The position numbers and the translations under genes were made by a program. From Lama guanicoe (taxonomy: Eukaryota): 64,000 nt of DNA. A model generated the notes under the pieces. The model was not told where the DNA came from and did no database searches. It was given only the letters and a program-made list of their open reading frames with translations. The stretch covers positions 939,793-1,003,792 of the forward strand of contig MU053493.1 of the NCBI GenBank assembly GCA_013239625.1, given 5' to 3'. This document shows, piece after piece, positions 30,705 to 43,115 of the stretch. The stretch's first letter is position 1. Every line of letters starts with the position of its first letter.

Positions 30705-31055
30705 TGGAGGGGGGTTCAAGAGGATGGCACAGGGCGACTCTGAACTCACATCCTCCCACAAACAGCAGATCTACAACCACATATGGAACAACTCCCTCAG
30801 AAATGGACCTGAAAACTGGATGAATAGAATTGCCACAACAAAGGGTGAAAACACAGCACTGAGATGAGGAGGAGTCAGAGAGATGTCTCACCAAGGAAGA
30901 AACCACACCCTGGCTGTGCTGATCCACAGTCAGGCGGGACCCCAAAGGCACAGATCTTTTCCCTGAGCAGCAAGGGATTCAAACTCCATGTCAGGCACAC
31001 CAACATCTAGATCCCGCACAGGAGACGAGCCCCCAGAACACCCAATTTTAAAACT
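30705..31055 (+). mobile_element. LINE-1 5'UTR-like fragment
   Basis: ggagggggttcaagaggatggc...gaactcacatcctccc...acatatggaacaact...gacctgaaaactgga resembles L1 5' ends. Confidence 0.55.
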
Positions 31056-31064
31056 CAAAAAGGA

Positions 31065-31175
31065 TTGCTCATTTTGGCAGCATGTATACTAAAACTGGAA
31101 TGGCACAGAGAGGATCAGCATGGCACCTGCCCAAGGGATGACATGCAAATTTGAGAAGACTTCTGTACAATTTTT
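31065..31175 (+). pseudogene. RNU6: U6 snRNA pseudogene (full length, diverged)
   Basis: TTGCTCATTTTGGCAGCATGTATACTAAAACTGGAATGGCACAGAGAGGATCAGCATGGCACCTGCCCAAGGGATGACATGCAAATT...TTTTT aligns end to end with U6. ACAGAGA box retained, CpGs decayed, no PSE/TATA recognised upstream. Confidence 0.92.
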
Positions 31176-31219
31176 GAACTTATTTCACCTCCTTGGTTAG
31201 ATTTAGTCCTAGGTATCCA

Positions 31220-32035
31220 CATTATACAAGCCAGCAATTGTACTCTTGTGTAATTTATACCACAGAAATAAAAACTTATGTGCACGTAAAAACCTGCATA
31301 CAAATGTTCAGAGTAGTTGTAATAGCTAACAACTGTAAACACCTCAAATATCCCTCCATGGATGAATAAAAATGCACAGCTGTACCACAGAATGTCATTC
31401 AGCCAGTCTCAAAAGGTTACATACTGTATGAGTCCATGCATTCAATATTACTGAACTGCCATAATTCCAGAGATGGGTATCCTATCTGTGGGTGCCAGAG
31501 GTTAGGGGCAAGGAGGAAGTAGTTTTAAAGGGGTAATAAGAGGGATCTTTGCAGTCATGGAGCAGTTCTTTATCTTAATTGTGGGAGGAGTTACACAGAT
31601 CTACACACAAAATTGCTTAGAATTATGCACACTTACACACATGCAAATGCACACATGTGAAGGGGGAGGGTATAGCTCAGTGGTAGTGTACGAGGTCCTG
31701 GGTTCAATCCTTAGTACCTTTATTAAAAAAATTAAATGAACAAATAAACCTAACTACATCCCCCCTAAAAAAAAAAAACTCAAAGAACAACAACAAAAAA
31801 AAGCAAAGAAAAGCAAAACAGCAAAACCAAATAAATACACGTATGTGAAATGGGTGAAATCTAAATAAACTCTGTAGATTGTACCAATGTCAATTTCTTG
31901 GTTGTGACACTGTAGTGGAGTTACTTGACGTGTTACCATTGGGGAAATTTGGGAAGGACAGGAAAATGTGCCTCCCTGTACATTTTTTCCTGACTTCTTG
32001 TGAATCTATTATTATTGCAAAATAAAACATAAAAT
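31220..32035 (+). mobile_element. Old LINE-1 3' end, interrupted by a SINE
   Basis: ccagcaattgtactc...aaaacttatgtgcac...agccagtctcaaaaggttacatactgtatg...tgtgaatctattattattgcaaaataaaa. Confidence 0.75.
31662..31832 (+). mobile_element. tRNA-derived SINE (Vic-1-like) with a small internal deletion
   Basis: GGGGGAGGGTATAGCTCAGTGGTAG..GAGGTCCTGGGTTCAATCC; AT-rich body, cccccc, A-rich tail. Confidence 0.88.
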
Positions 32036-35000
32036 TATTTTTTTACATAGAAACTTACCAAATATCCAACACTGGTCAATTAAAACACATCATCCCAATA
32101 GAATCTTATGTTACTATTAGAATGATGATTAGAAAATGCCCAGAGACACGTGGAAAATGTTTATAATGACTGAAAAATGCAGTCATTATAACCACATCAA
32201 TGTATTAAATGGTGGACTGAGGGAAAACACATAAAATGACACTTAGCTGTTTAAGGAAGGAGGGTTGGAAATGAAGCAATATGAGTTCGTAACAGCAATC
32301 AGTACGAGTCTTTTGAACTATGAAGACTTTTTTCTTTCTTTCTTTCTTTCTTTCTTTTTTTAAACTAGCCCTCAATCTGAAACTGGTTTCACAATAAATG
32401 AGGTAAGGGACAGCAAAGCCAAGATAAAAAGAATGTGACAATGTCCACTGGAAGGTCAGGGAAAGCAGCCACTTTCAAATCCAGATGCCACCTGCCACGA
32501 GTCTTTTGAGGCATCAGCTGGAGGTCCATAAGAGGGAACCCATCCTATGTTCTGCTTGCTAAGAACATCAAAGGAACTCTGTCATAGTCAGAACCCATCT
32601 TGCCTTTGATTACAAAATACATAAGGAATCCTGTAGTAATTCACTGAAGTTCTCCAGCATTAGCACATGCTGGGAAATGAGAAGCAATACCTAGGGAAGT
32701 ACTAGGGAGAAGCACTCAGACAGCAAGTTTCTGTTGGTTCTTTTGCTACAAGCCAACAATGACGTGAGTATACATCAACATTCAGTTGGTCTCTCTCTGG
32801 ACAGTAAGAGGGTGACAGGATGTAACTGAGGTTAGTGTATGGGCTGAAATTTGTAACAGCCAACCCCCAAATATCTCCTAGTTTCCACCTAATTAAAGGA
32901 ATGCAAGTTGGTATTCCTGCCCAGCAGGTCAGAGTCTTTCCAAGTTTGGTCCATGGACCACTTTTAACACATTCTTGAGCTGTACTCCACACCTGCTGTA
33001 TCACACCCTGGGGGAGGTAGAGATGAAGTCTCCATTGCTAACAAGTGTTTGGGAGCTTCTCTGGCAGAGCAGAAGCCAGAAAATCAAATTGGAAAAGTCA
33101 AAATGAGCAGCAGGATCCACATGGGCTGCAAGGACTCAAAGGACCACCAAAGAAACATCTGAGCCATCTGGGGTTGTCTCCTCGTGGACCGTCTGACCTG
33201 GTGCAGACAGACTGCAGACGTGGCTTGCATGGGGGCAGAGCAGTTCTAGATCCTGGCCCTGGATCCTCCCACAGCAATGCCACTGGGGGAAGAGGGCTGG
33301 AAAGAACGCGTATGCTGCTTCCAGCTGGTTGCAGTCTGTAAGACACTTTGGCAATTTTTTTTATCCCAGATAGGCAAAGATGGCTTAACTTGGTAGACTT
33401 ACCACATATCTACGTTAAACAGGGAAACAGAGACATAATCTTAACAGAGGCAGAATCATTATTTAAGTTCAGCTCCAGTGGGCTGGTGCACGTGTACCAG
33501 ATTAATCCCTCAGTCTTGCACGGTTATCCTCACTATTGGAAATGAGATCTTGTTTTCCACTTTGCTTCACTGCTATTCACTGATGTGTCACTCAGCTATT
33601 ATCCTGTCTTCCTTGCTCAGTTCTATTAGCTCGAAGTTTGCCAGCTGATTCTATTTTTAAGTCAATAATCAGCCAGAAGTCCTGGTAGCATTATGTCTTC
33701 CTCTGTTATATTCAGATCTCTTATTTTTAATTTTTAATTCTCATTCTCTGGCTACACCCTCCAGCAGACGGCTGACAGAGGGATACCCCGAAGTTTGCCT
33801 TGCGTCTAACTTGGAAGCGGATCTCACTTCTCAACTATTTATGCTTGTTGCAGCTCTCCTGTGGGTACTAGCTATCCAATTATGAAAGTTTTCTCCTAGT
33901 CTAGAATTAGAGCTGAATTTAATCATTTTTCTGTCTTTTAATTTGTTTCCTTGTTTAGCATGGGTATGCAGTGAATTGCATTAGGAAATCTACAAGTTAA
34001 TCCATCCTTGCCTACCTAGGATAAAAATTATTTTGTATTTTTCACTTCGTGCACTGCTAGAATCCATCTGCCAGTATTCTTTTAGGAAATCTGCATTCAT
34101 ATTCATGTATAATATTTGTCAATAGTTTTCTACTGAGATGTGTTTGCCATAGTATAATTGTTAGATTTATAAATTTTTCATCTTTTATATGTGTTCTAGA
34201 ATAATTTATACATTTATTTATTCTTTGAAGATAAAATTCAAATGTAAACATGCGTCTTTTAATATGTAAATCTTTGCCTACCTCTTCCAGTTTTAATATA
34301 TTTTAAGTCTATTCTGATTTTCTATTTTTAAGTATATTTAATAACTTTTATTTTCCTAGAAAATCACCTCCTTTCAACCAGATGTTCAATTTATTATATA
34401 CATCCTTCAATTCATTCACTTTTTTGATGTTTTCAAAGAATGAAATTTTAGTTTTAAATCTTCTGGTTTTTGAATGACTTTTTTTTATGCCTTTAAAAAC
34501 TCATTTCTCTTGTATCTCTGCTAATTCCTTCTAGTTTCTTCTGATACGCATTTCCTAACTTTTTGAGGTATAGGATTAATTAATCAAATTTCAAACTTCC
34601 TAGTTTTCTCATCTTTAGGCACTACTTTTACTCTCCCTGGTATAAGCAAAGGTTGATTTGAGAACTTTTTAAAAAACAAATTAAGTGGAGATTATATACA
34701 CACATACATACACATTACGGTGTTACTATCCCCTTGTTGCTAAATTCTACTTTTAGAGCACTGTCATTACAGAATATAAGCTATGTGAGATCTACATTTT
34801 GGAAAAAACTAGATATTATCTGTGGTTCAAAGACAGTTTTTGTGACTATTTCAAGTATATTTAAAAGTAGTATTTTTTGTTTGATGGGTACAAATCTCTC
34901 TCTCGATTTCTTGGTTCAGTCTTAGCAACTGTTTTATTCCATACTATTAACCGCACTTACCTTTCCTGAGATACTGATTTTGTCCATTTCTTCTGTGTTT

Positions 35001-36116
35001 TCCATCAGTATTGGTTGCATGTATTTTGAAGCCACATTGTTCGCCACATAACTGTTCATGACCACATTGCTGTCTCAGTAAATCTGCCTTTAATCAATAC
35101 AGAAATAGTCACTGTGTCTCTTTCCTTGCCCTTTGTCTTTTGTGTTTATTTGCTGAATAAGAACCCTGCTAAAGCGGATTTCCTTCTACGGCATTTTACA
35201 GACAACATTTTCAATGACTTTATTTTCATTCTGATGGATCATTTTGATTAAAAATCTATCTTTATGACATATATGTCATAGACTTGGTTGTTTTTGTTTG
35301 CTTTCAACCAATTAGAAAGTCTATTTTGTTTTAGGACTTGTTACGAGGTTTAAACCTGTTTGCATTTTTGTGATTAGTGATTGTTTTATTTCTGCCGTTC
35401 TGTTAGTTGTCTTTTTACTGTACTTTCTCTTCCTGCATTAAGTGTACTGACAGAATTTTTTCACTCATTATTTACTTTGTGTCTAGTGGTTTGGAAGTTA
35501 TATTACCACTTCTTTTTCTCTATTAGCTACTCAAATGTTTAACCCATAAAATCACTTGTAGTTTTTAAATCTGTGTACCTTTGTGCATTTAACGAAGGTG
35601 CATCTATCATACATGGACCAGAGAATTCCCACAGCAACTGTCCACTGTTATTCCTCTGTTTCTCAATCTCCTACCAACTCAAACCTCTAAGTTATTATTT
35701 ATATTTAAAACATTATCAAACATTTAAATGTAACCATGACTTCCAGTGGTTTCTTTGCCAACAACTGCCAACCGTATCTGAGTCAGGATGTGAACCAAGA
35801 CCACTCTCTCCCTCCCCAGTCTTAACCGCGCAGCCAGCACGGCCAGGACTCCCTCTTCCTCCAGCTACACCTGGAGAGTTCTGTTCCCAGGGGGCAGGAC
35901 TTCAGCAATTCCTAAACCTCCCCAGCTACCTCGGGTAAGGTTAAGAAATCTTCTTTGGTTTAATCTCATTTTGCTGGAATAGATCCTTGAGTAACTCTTT
36001 TAGACATGATGTAAATGAATTGAGTTGTTATAAACTTGAAACTTGGATTTTAAATAAAGGATTTTATTTTTAAAAAATAATTCCTCTCTAACATTTGAAA
36101 GTAACACTTTATTCAC

Positions 36117-36378
36117 CAAGGCTACAGTCATCAAGACAGCATGTTATTGGTACCAAAACAGACATATAGACCAATGGAACAGAATAGAGAGCCCAGAAAT
36201 GAACCCACAAACTTTTGGTCAACTAATCTTTGACAAAGGAAGCAAGAATATACAATGGAATAAAGACAGTCTCTTCAGCAAATGGTGTTGGGAAAACTGG
36301 ACAGCAGCATGTAAAACAATGAAGCTAGAACACTCCCTTACACCATATACAAAAATCAACTCAAAATGGATTAAAGAC
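36117..36378 (+). mobile_element. Internal LINE-1 ORF2 fragment without 3'UTR or tail
   Basis: Open frame [61 protein letters not shown]...SKWIKD; flanked by ACCAAGGC direct repeats. Confidence 0.9.
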
Positions 36379-36747
36379 CAAGGCAAATTTATTTCTTGTT
36401 ACTATAATTTTTCACTTTGAGCGCTTCTAAAGGTTTTCTCAATATCCTGGATATTTTAAAATGTCAGCATGATATTCAAGATACATGTGTCTTTTTGTTT
36501 ATTCTCCTTAGCACGGAGTATGCTACTGATACAGGAATAGATGAATACAACCATTCCACTTCAGTTTAGCAGGAAAAGGATGGACTGTTTCATAAATCAT
36601 GTTAGAACCATTTCCTATCCTTCAAAGAAAAGTAAAGTTAGACCCTTACCATATACCATTAAAAACTTAGGGGAAAAACCCACAAAATAAAAAGCAAACC
36701 ATTTGGCTTATCAAAAAGTATTAGAAGATGATTAGAAAATGATTTTA

Positions 36748-37497
36748 AAAGAGTGGCTGCCATTGATGCCCTAAATGATGGTGAACTTCAGAAAGCCACT
36801 GACTTGTTCACAGATGCCATCAAGCTAAACCCTCATTTAGCCATTCTCTATGCCAAGAGAGCCAGTGTCTTCATCAAATTATGGAAGCCAGATGCTTCCA
36901 TGCAAAATAATGACAGAACTATTGAAATAAATCCTGATTCAGCTCAGCCATACAAGTGGCGAGGGGAAGCACACAGGCTTCTGGGCCACTGGGAAGATGC
37001 AGCCCTTGCTTCTGCCCCCGTCTCAGAAATGGATTATGATGAAGATGCTAGTGAATGCTCAAAGAAGTTCAACCGAGGGCCCAGAAAACTGCTGAACGTC
37101 AGAGAAAGTGTGAGTGAAAACATGAAGGGTGAGAAATCCAAGAAAGACTAGAAAGAGTTAAGAAGGCTCAGGAAGAACACGAGAGAGCCCAGAGGGAGGG
37201 AGAAGCTAGGTGACATCAGGAGCTCAGTGTGGTTCCTTTCCAGGTGGTTTTTCTGGGGGAACGCCGGGAATGGGAGGGGGCATGCATGAAACGAAATGGC
37301 AGGAATGCTTGGGCTCAATGAAATTCTCAGAGATCCCCAGAAGTTCTTGCAGCCATCCAGGGTCCAAAAGTGAGGGTGGCCTCCCTGGAAGTGGCCCAGA
37401 ACCCAGCCAACGTGTCAAAATATTAGGGCAACCCAAAGGTTATGAATCTCATCAGTAAACTGTCAGCCAAGTTTGGCAGTCAAGCATAAAGCCCTTT
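36748..37497 (+). pseudogene. ST13: ST13 (Hsc70-interacting protein, Hip) processed pseudogene, 5'-truncated and frameshifted, antisense within CHRNA7 intron 4
   Basis: Intronless match to ST13: [40 protein letters not shown] (TPR region), DYDEDAS, then shifted frames giving SGAQCGSFPGGF, GMGGGM and ...NPKVMNLISKLSAKFGSQA-TAA (stop 37487-37489). N-terminus is absent. Confidence 0.93.
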
Positions 37498-40400
37498 CAC
37501 ATTCATTTTCATAAAGAAATGAATAAAAAGAATAATGGTAGGATCTGATTTATTAAGAATGTATAATTCATTTTCAATTAAAGACCATCAGTCATGCTAA
37601 AAGATAACTGGAGTAGTTTAAATTGGATGGTCCTTCATGGCAGGCTGGTGCGGGAGGTGAAGGAGAAAATAGAATGATAAACTCGGTATTTGCTTCTCAG
37701 GCTCAAACTCTTGGTATTTGCATTTTACGACCAAAACCTTACACCCCTGTCCCAAAGAACCAGACTGCACTGATTTTTTTATTTACTGGTGTTGGGCATG
37801 AATCCATCAATACAGAACCAGTGGGTGCCAAGTGCTAAGGCCTCCACAGCAATTCCCTGCTAGACCAGGGTAATGGTCCTTAGTACCGCATCCACTTACT
37901 CCAACTGGATGTTTTCCACGTGCTGTTTGCCATGTGAACTCTGGGGACTAAAAGATGTGACTAGAACATGGCCCCTTGGACAGACCTCCCTGGCTGGCGG
38001 GGAGGAACATGAGCGTTAACCTGGACTTGCCACGTGACGTGATGCTGAGAAGCAGTGAGTCCTGGGAGGCACCCAGTAGCCCAGAGGCAGCGACTGAGCA
38101 GCACATCAAGGGCAAAGGCCCAGAGGAGAAGCCGGCTGGACAAGTCTGAAGTCCTTACTGTACTTCATCCTGGTCTACTACCCTGTTCTCCACCCTCCCT
38201 TGAATCAGAAGCAATGCTTCTGGGGTCCTGCAACATGTGTTCCCTTCCCAGACTGTCTCCCACTGTCCACTCTAAGAGCCCTAGCCTGCGGCCTCTCTTA
38301 GTGCTTTCCCCAGGTGCTATTACAGTGGTGGCCAGACTGCCACAGGCAGACGGGTCTCATCTGGCCACCCGACCAGGAACAACTTCTCCCTCCTCCCACT
38401 GGCTGCAGACCTCTCTCTTCCTGATCTTTCTAAGATGCTGGACCTCTTACTCCCATCACCTGCCCTGTGAGATGATCTTCTGAGCCCTGGTCTCATACCC
38501 ATGAAGAGGCTGTCAGGGGTCAGAAAGGTCAAAGGTTTTGGAGTCCCATGTCTCAGAAACAGTTCCCTTATTTGTGAGTGGAAGATGGTAATCCTACATG
38601 ACTTCACTGTGGTCCTGAATCAGACCAGATGAGACCACTAGGATGAAGTGAAGTGTAACTGATTACAGACACCTCAAGGGCAGTGTCCTCCTCTTAGAAG
38701 CATGGTATCTCACACACAGCAGGTCCGCAGAAGCGTCCCCTGAGCTGAACAGACAGCGTCAGCTACACGCCGGCCCGGTGGCCCCGCCCCACAGTCTGGT
38801 TCCTCTACATATTGGTGCGGCCATGAGCACACTCAGTTTGACCCGGCCCCTGCAGAACTGAGGCCCTGGGGGCCCAGCAACCCCACATGTCTTGTCCCTC
38901 TGTGGGCTCCTTCCTCCGTGCAGGCGGCCAGTGAGTGCAGCCTGGGGAGGCAGCGGAAATTCCGCAGGGACCCCCCACAGCAGGCTGGGGAGGGGGCAGG
39001 GTGAGGGCTGCCCTTGACCCCCACCAAGGCACTGCCCACCCCTCCCATCCCTCAGAAGGCTCATGATGGTGACTGAACCTCCCATCGAATTCCTGTCTCA
39101 CGTATTTACTCCACAGACCGTTATGGCCATGTTGGCTCTGGGTCTGATTGTCACCAGGATCAATAAGCTCACCTCCAGAAGCCAGGCTCTTGGGTGGACC
39201 GCAGCCCTCGGGGTGCAGGGGACGGGGGCTCAGGGGCTGGCCCAGCACCACGTGTGGGAAGTCACACAGCCATCCCTAGAAAACTCTGCTCGCTGCAGCG
39301 CCTGGCCCTCTGTTTGAAATTCTGCGCAAACTCTGGTGCAGTGGTTTGTATTTGGTCAAGGAAAAATCAGTTGTCGGATGCTGAGGAGAGATCATTAGGA
39401 AGTGGCGGTATGAAAACCCCCAGCAGCTCTGAAACTGGGGGAGACAGGCTCACCCTCTTCAAAGTGAAAGAAAAAAGGCTGAGGTAGATGGGCCAGAAAA
39501 GACCTGAGGTGGATTTGATTCTGAGGGAGGGAGAGAGGAGTCATTCCACTCTGCCTAACTTCTAGAAAAATGAGACATAAGAGTTCTAAAATCACAACCA
39601 GAGGCAAGTATGTCGCTCTCTGGAGCCAGGCAGACCCTGCTGGTTGACCTTGGGCAAGTGGCCTAACCTCTCTGAGCACCAGTTTCCTGCCCTGAGAGAT
39701 GTGGATGCTAACACAGACTTCAGAGCCATCCAGCCCTTTGCAGAAAGAGTGGAACCCAGCAGGGGTGCTCAAGGTCCACCAGTGACAGTTCCTGCCATGC
39801 AGACAGGCTGGGGTCCGAGGCAGTGTGAGGCTGACAGGTCTCTGGGCTCCCAGTGCCTAAATGAGGACACAGGTCCACGTGTCCCTCCTCCCCTGATTTT
39901 ACCAAGATGCTGGAGGAAATGACAGAAGCAAAACACATCCACTGCCCTCAGCTGGGAGGAGTGTATAAGCAGAGAAGAGCAGATGATAACTTTCAGACAA
40001 AATAATCAGTTGATAGCAAAGCAGGAGAATATGAATTAGTATTTTGACTGTTATTCAGAGCAAAAAAGAAAGGAAACTCAAATTCAAAGAGGATCAGAGC
40101 CCCTTCTGTAAAAGCCAAGCTCTGGGAGACTTGGGCGCCATCCCCCAGGGGCTCTGAGCCACTCCCCTCACTCACTCAGGCTACTCTGGCTCCTTCGGTT
40201 CCAAGGACTGAGCTAAATGACATGTTCCTGCCTCACGGTGATTTAAAAAAAAAAAAAACACTGTTTAAAAAGTAAAATCATGACACTTGCACAAATATAA
40301 AATGAACGTGTTTCAAAGATTTTTTTTAAGTCATTAACTAATGAAGGAAACAGCAAGGTGGCCAAAACCAGTTGGAGGCAGATCCAAAGGGCAGACATGA

Positions 40401-41022
40401 ACGCAGGCAACCAGGACCACCCACCCAGTCTGATCACAGAGGAGTCAGCACACTGGACAAAATCCATCTGCCTCTCTACAGTCTGGAATCATCTGCATGA
40501 CTATCGGTTCTAGAACTTACAGAGTTGAAAGGTAGTTCAAAAACCACGACCAGCTGAGTCCACCAGAGGATCTGACAGCCTCGCCGGTGCACGTGACCAC
40601 CGACACGCAGCACACGCCCCCGACGCCCGCTCACCTTTCCCTCCTTCTCCATTTATTGTTGTTATTATTTGCATTTCAAAGTTTTTCACATCCTTTCCTG
40701 ATAGGCCGGTGCACCTGATCTCTCTGCCAACAGCACTTGCCCCCTTGATGCTCTGACTTCTTCCGTGGCCTCCCTCTAGCCACTCAGTTGGTCCCACACC
40801 CCAGCTCTGGCTCCGGCACCTACTAGGCTCTCCCCCGATCCTTGGAGCCCCAGGAATTCGCTTAGCGTTCTCCCCTCCTCTCTCTCCCTCTCTCTAGAGG
40901 GCAAGGGTTTCTGTTTGTCTTGATTGCGGCTGTTACATCCTCAGATGCTAGAACAGTGTGTGATAACAGCGTGTAACCCTTCACTAAATATCGGATGAGT
41001 GAAAGGACAAATTAAGAACATC

Positions 41023-41176
41023 AAACAACAAGGACCTACTGTAGAGCATAGGGAACTATATTCAATGACTTGTAATAACTTACAATGAAAAAGAATATAT
41101 ATGTATGTATGTATAACTGAATCACCTGAAACTAACACAACATGGCAAATCAACTGTGCTTCAATAAAAACAAACA
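41023..41176 (+). mobile_element. Short LINE-1 3' end within an L2-like remnant
   Basis: acaacaaggacctactgtagagcatagggaactatattcaat...ttcaataaaaa; candidate TSD AACATCAA. Confidence 0.8.
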
Positions 41177-42452
41177 AACATCAACAGTGGCAGCAGTGAG
41201 AAAGCGGAGATGTGGACGGACAGCTCAGAGGATTTTGGAGATGTGAGCATAGGTTGGCTATTTCTTCTCACTTCCTACAAACCTACTCCATCCACTTTAC
41301 TCTACACCTTTAGAAACAGCCTCCCCCAAGAGCAGGTCTGAAGATTTGATAATGCAGATGAGATAGCAGCACATCCTAAAAGCTCCTTCTTTAAGATCCA
41401 GGGCTGAAAAATTACCTTTACTCCACTGGAGGTTCCTGCCACATCCGATATCCTTTCAGTGATGCCTCTGCTCAGATCCCCCAGCTCTGAACCCCCAGAC
41501 CAGCCATGGCTGTGCCATGGCCGCAAGCACCAACCCCTCACCTTCTTCTGCAGCCTTAGCAGTAACAGCACTGAGTCTAAGAGATTCACTCCCTAAGATC
41601 CCACCCCACACGTGGACTGATGTGGTACCCTGATAACGCACGCAGCCCATGGGGGAGCAACTGCCACTCACGAGGATGCAGGTCCAGACTCGTCCTGGTG
41701 ACCTTTGCTACCTGCCTGCCTCCTCTGTGTTGGCTGAGAAACCCCGAGTCCTAGGATGTCCCCCCCCCACCACACACATCACGCCTAACCTCCCACCAGG
41801 AGCCGAGATTGGATCTTCAATCAGAACAAAGTGAAAATGATTGGAACTTGAGTGGGCTGCTTACCTGCACTGTAGCTGACCATGTGGACAGCCATCCTGC
41901 CCGTGCCCTAGGCCCTGACTGCTGCCCACGTCGAGTATGGGCAGCCAGCTCGAGGCTCTGCACAGAGCACACGTGGTCCGTGTGCGGGACAGCTAAGAAG
42001 AATGACAACCCCAGAATCAGCTGTCAACCTCTGGCAGATAAACCCCCAACAGGTCCCCATGGGCCGGGCGCCTCTGCCCACAGCAGCAGCTTTTTAACGC
42101 ATCTTGAATTCCCTCCCTCCCATCTCACTTCCTCTCTCAAATAAACTCTGTGCACTCAAATCCTTGTCTTGGGCTTATTTCTAAGGAAACCTAAGATACT
42201 TGGGGAGAAAATTAATTCAGTTTCATTGGTGACTCATTGATTAGCACAATCACAAGCCCCCACTGGGTGAACCACACTGCGTCTGGGTGTGTTCTGCATG
42301 TACTGCCCTCTCCCCAGGCTCTGCCACTAGCCACAGGGTCCTGGGAACATGTGACAGAAAGAAGGCTATAGCCAGAGGCCTGCAGCCTCAGAACCAGACA
42401 GCAGCAGCCTGCATATGTGCAAATGTGGTTTTGCAGAGGCTATAAGAAAGGG

Positions 42453-42635
42453 ACGGCAGACACCCCTTGCTGTCCAAAAATCTAAATTACATTCATCAAC
42501 AAGAATTCCATTATTGTCATGGGATTGTCTAACATGGCAGACACCCCTTGCTGTCCAAAAATCCAGAGCTAAGAAAAACATCACCAAATTACATTCATCA
42601 ACAAGAATTCCATTATTGTCATGGGATTGTCTAAC
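42453..42635. repeat. Near-perfect tandem duplication (81-bp and 102-bp copies)
   Basis: Copy 1 42453-42533, copy 2 42534-42635; they differ by one substitution and a 22-nt versus 1-nt segment. Confidence 0.95.
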
Positions 42636-42799
42636 TAAACGGTGCAAGAACTGAGAAGCCCAGAGAGGCTGAGGCAGCTGCCCACAGCTGCACAGCACAG
42701 AGGCAGCTAAGATGACTTCAGGGTTCAGGCTTTCCTCTGCAAGGCCTTTCATCCCACCCAAAAGGCACTGTAGCTCCTCCTATGGCTTCTGGATGACTC

Positions 42800-43115
42800 A
42801 TTCTGAGAGAAGCCAGCCACCACATCGTGAGGTCATTTAACTCATAAAGACTCCCATGATAAGAATTAAGTCCCCGAACTAAGGGCCAACATCAGTTTTC
42901 CAGCTATCTGATGAGTCACCTTGTTAAGATGCCCCAGGCACACTCCCAGTTGACTGCAGCCCCAGCTGACACTGGGCTGAAACAGCATGAGAGACCTGGA
43001 GTCAGACACCCAGTGAACCACTCCCCAGACCCCTGACCCCCAGGAACCAGGAGAGGCCACAGACGCCCCTTGTTTTAAATCCTGGGGTGATTTCTTCTGC
43101 ATACATATGACCTAC
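42800..43115 (+). mobile_element. MaLR LTR remnant (MLT1F/H-like)
   Basis: gactgcagccccagctgacac...atgagagacc...ccctgacccc...tgttttaa...ggggtgattt. Confidence 0.55.

Noticed and set aside
31065..31175. Functional U6 snRNA gene
   Set aside because: Many substitutions and indels, CpG decay, no recognisable upstream PSE/TATA, and embedded in L1 sequence.
36753..37151. 132-aa ORF as a functional TPR protein gene
   Set aside because: It starts at GTG inside the ST13 coding region, has no N-terminus or evident promoter, and drifts out of frame after the TPR region; it is a pseudogene.
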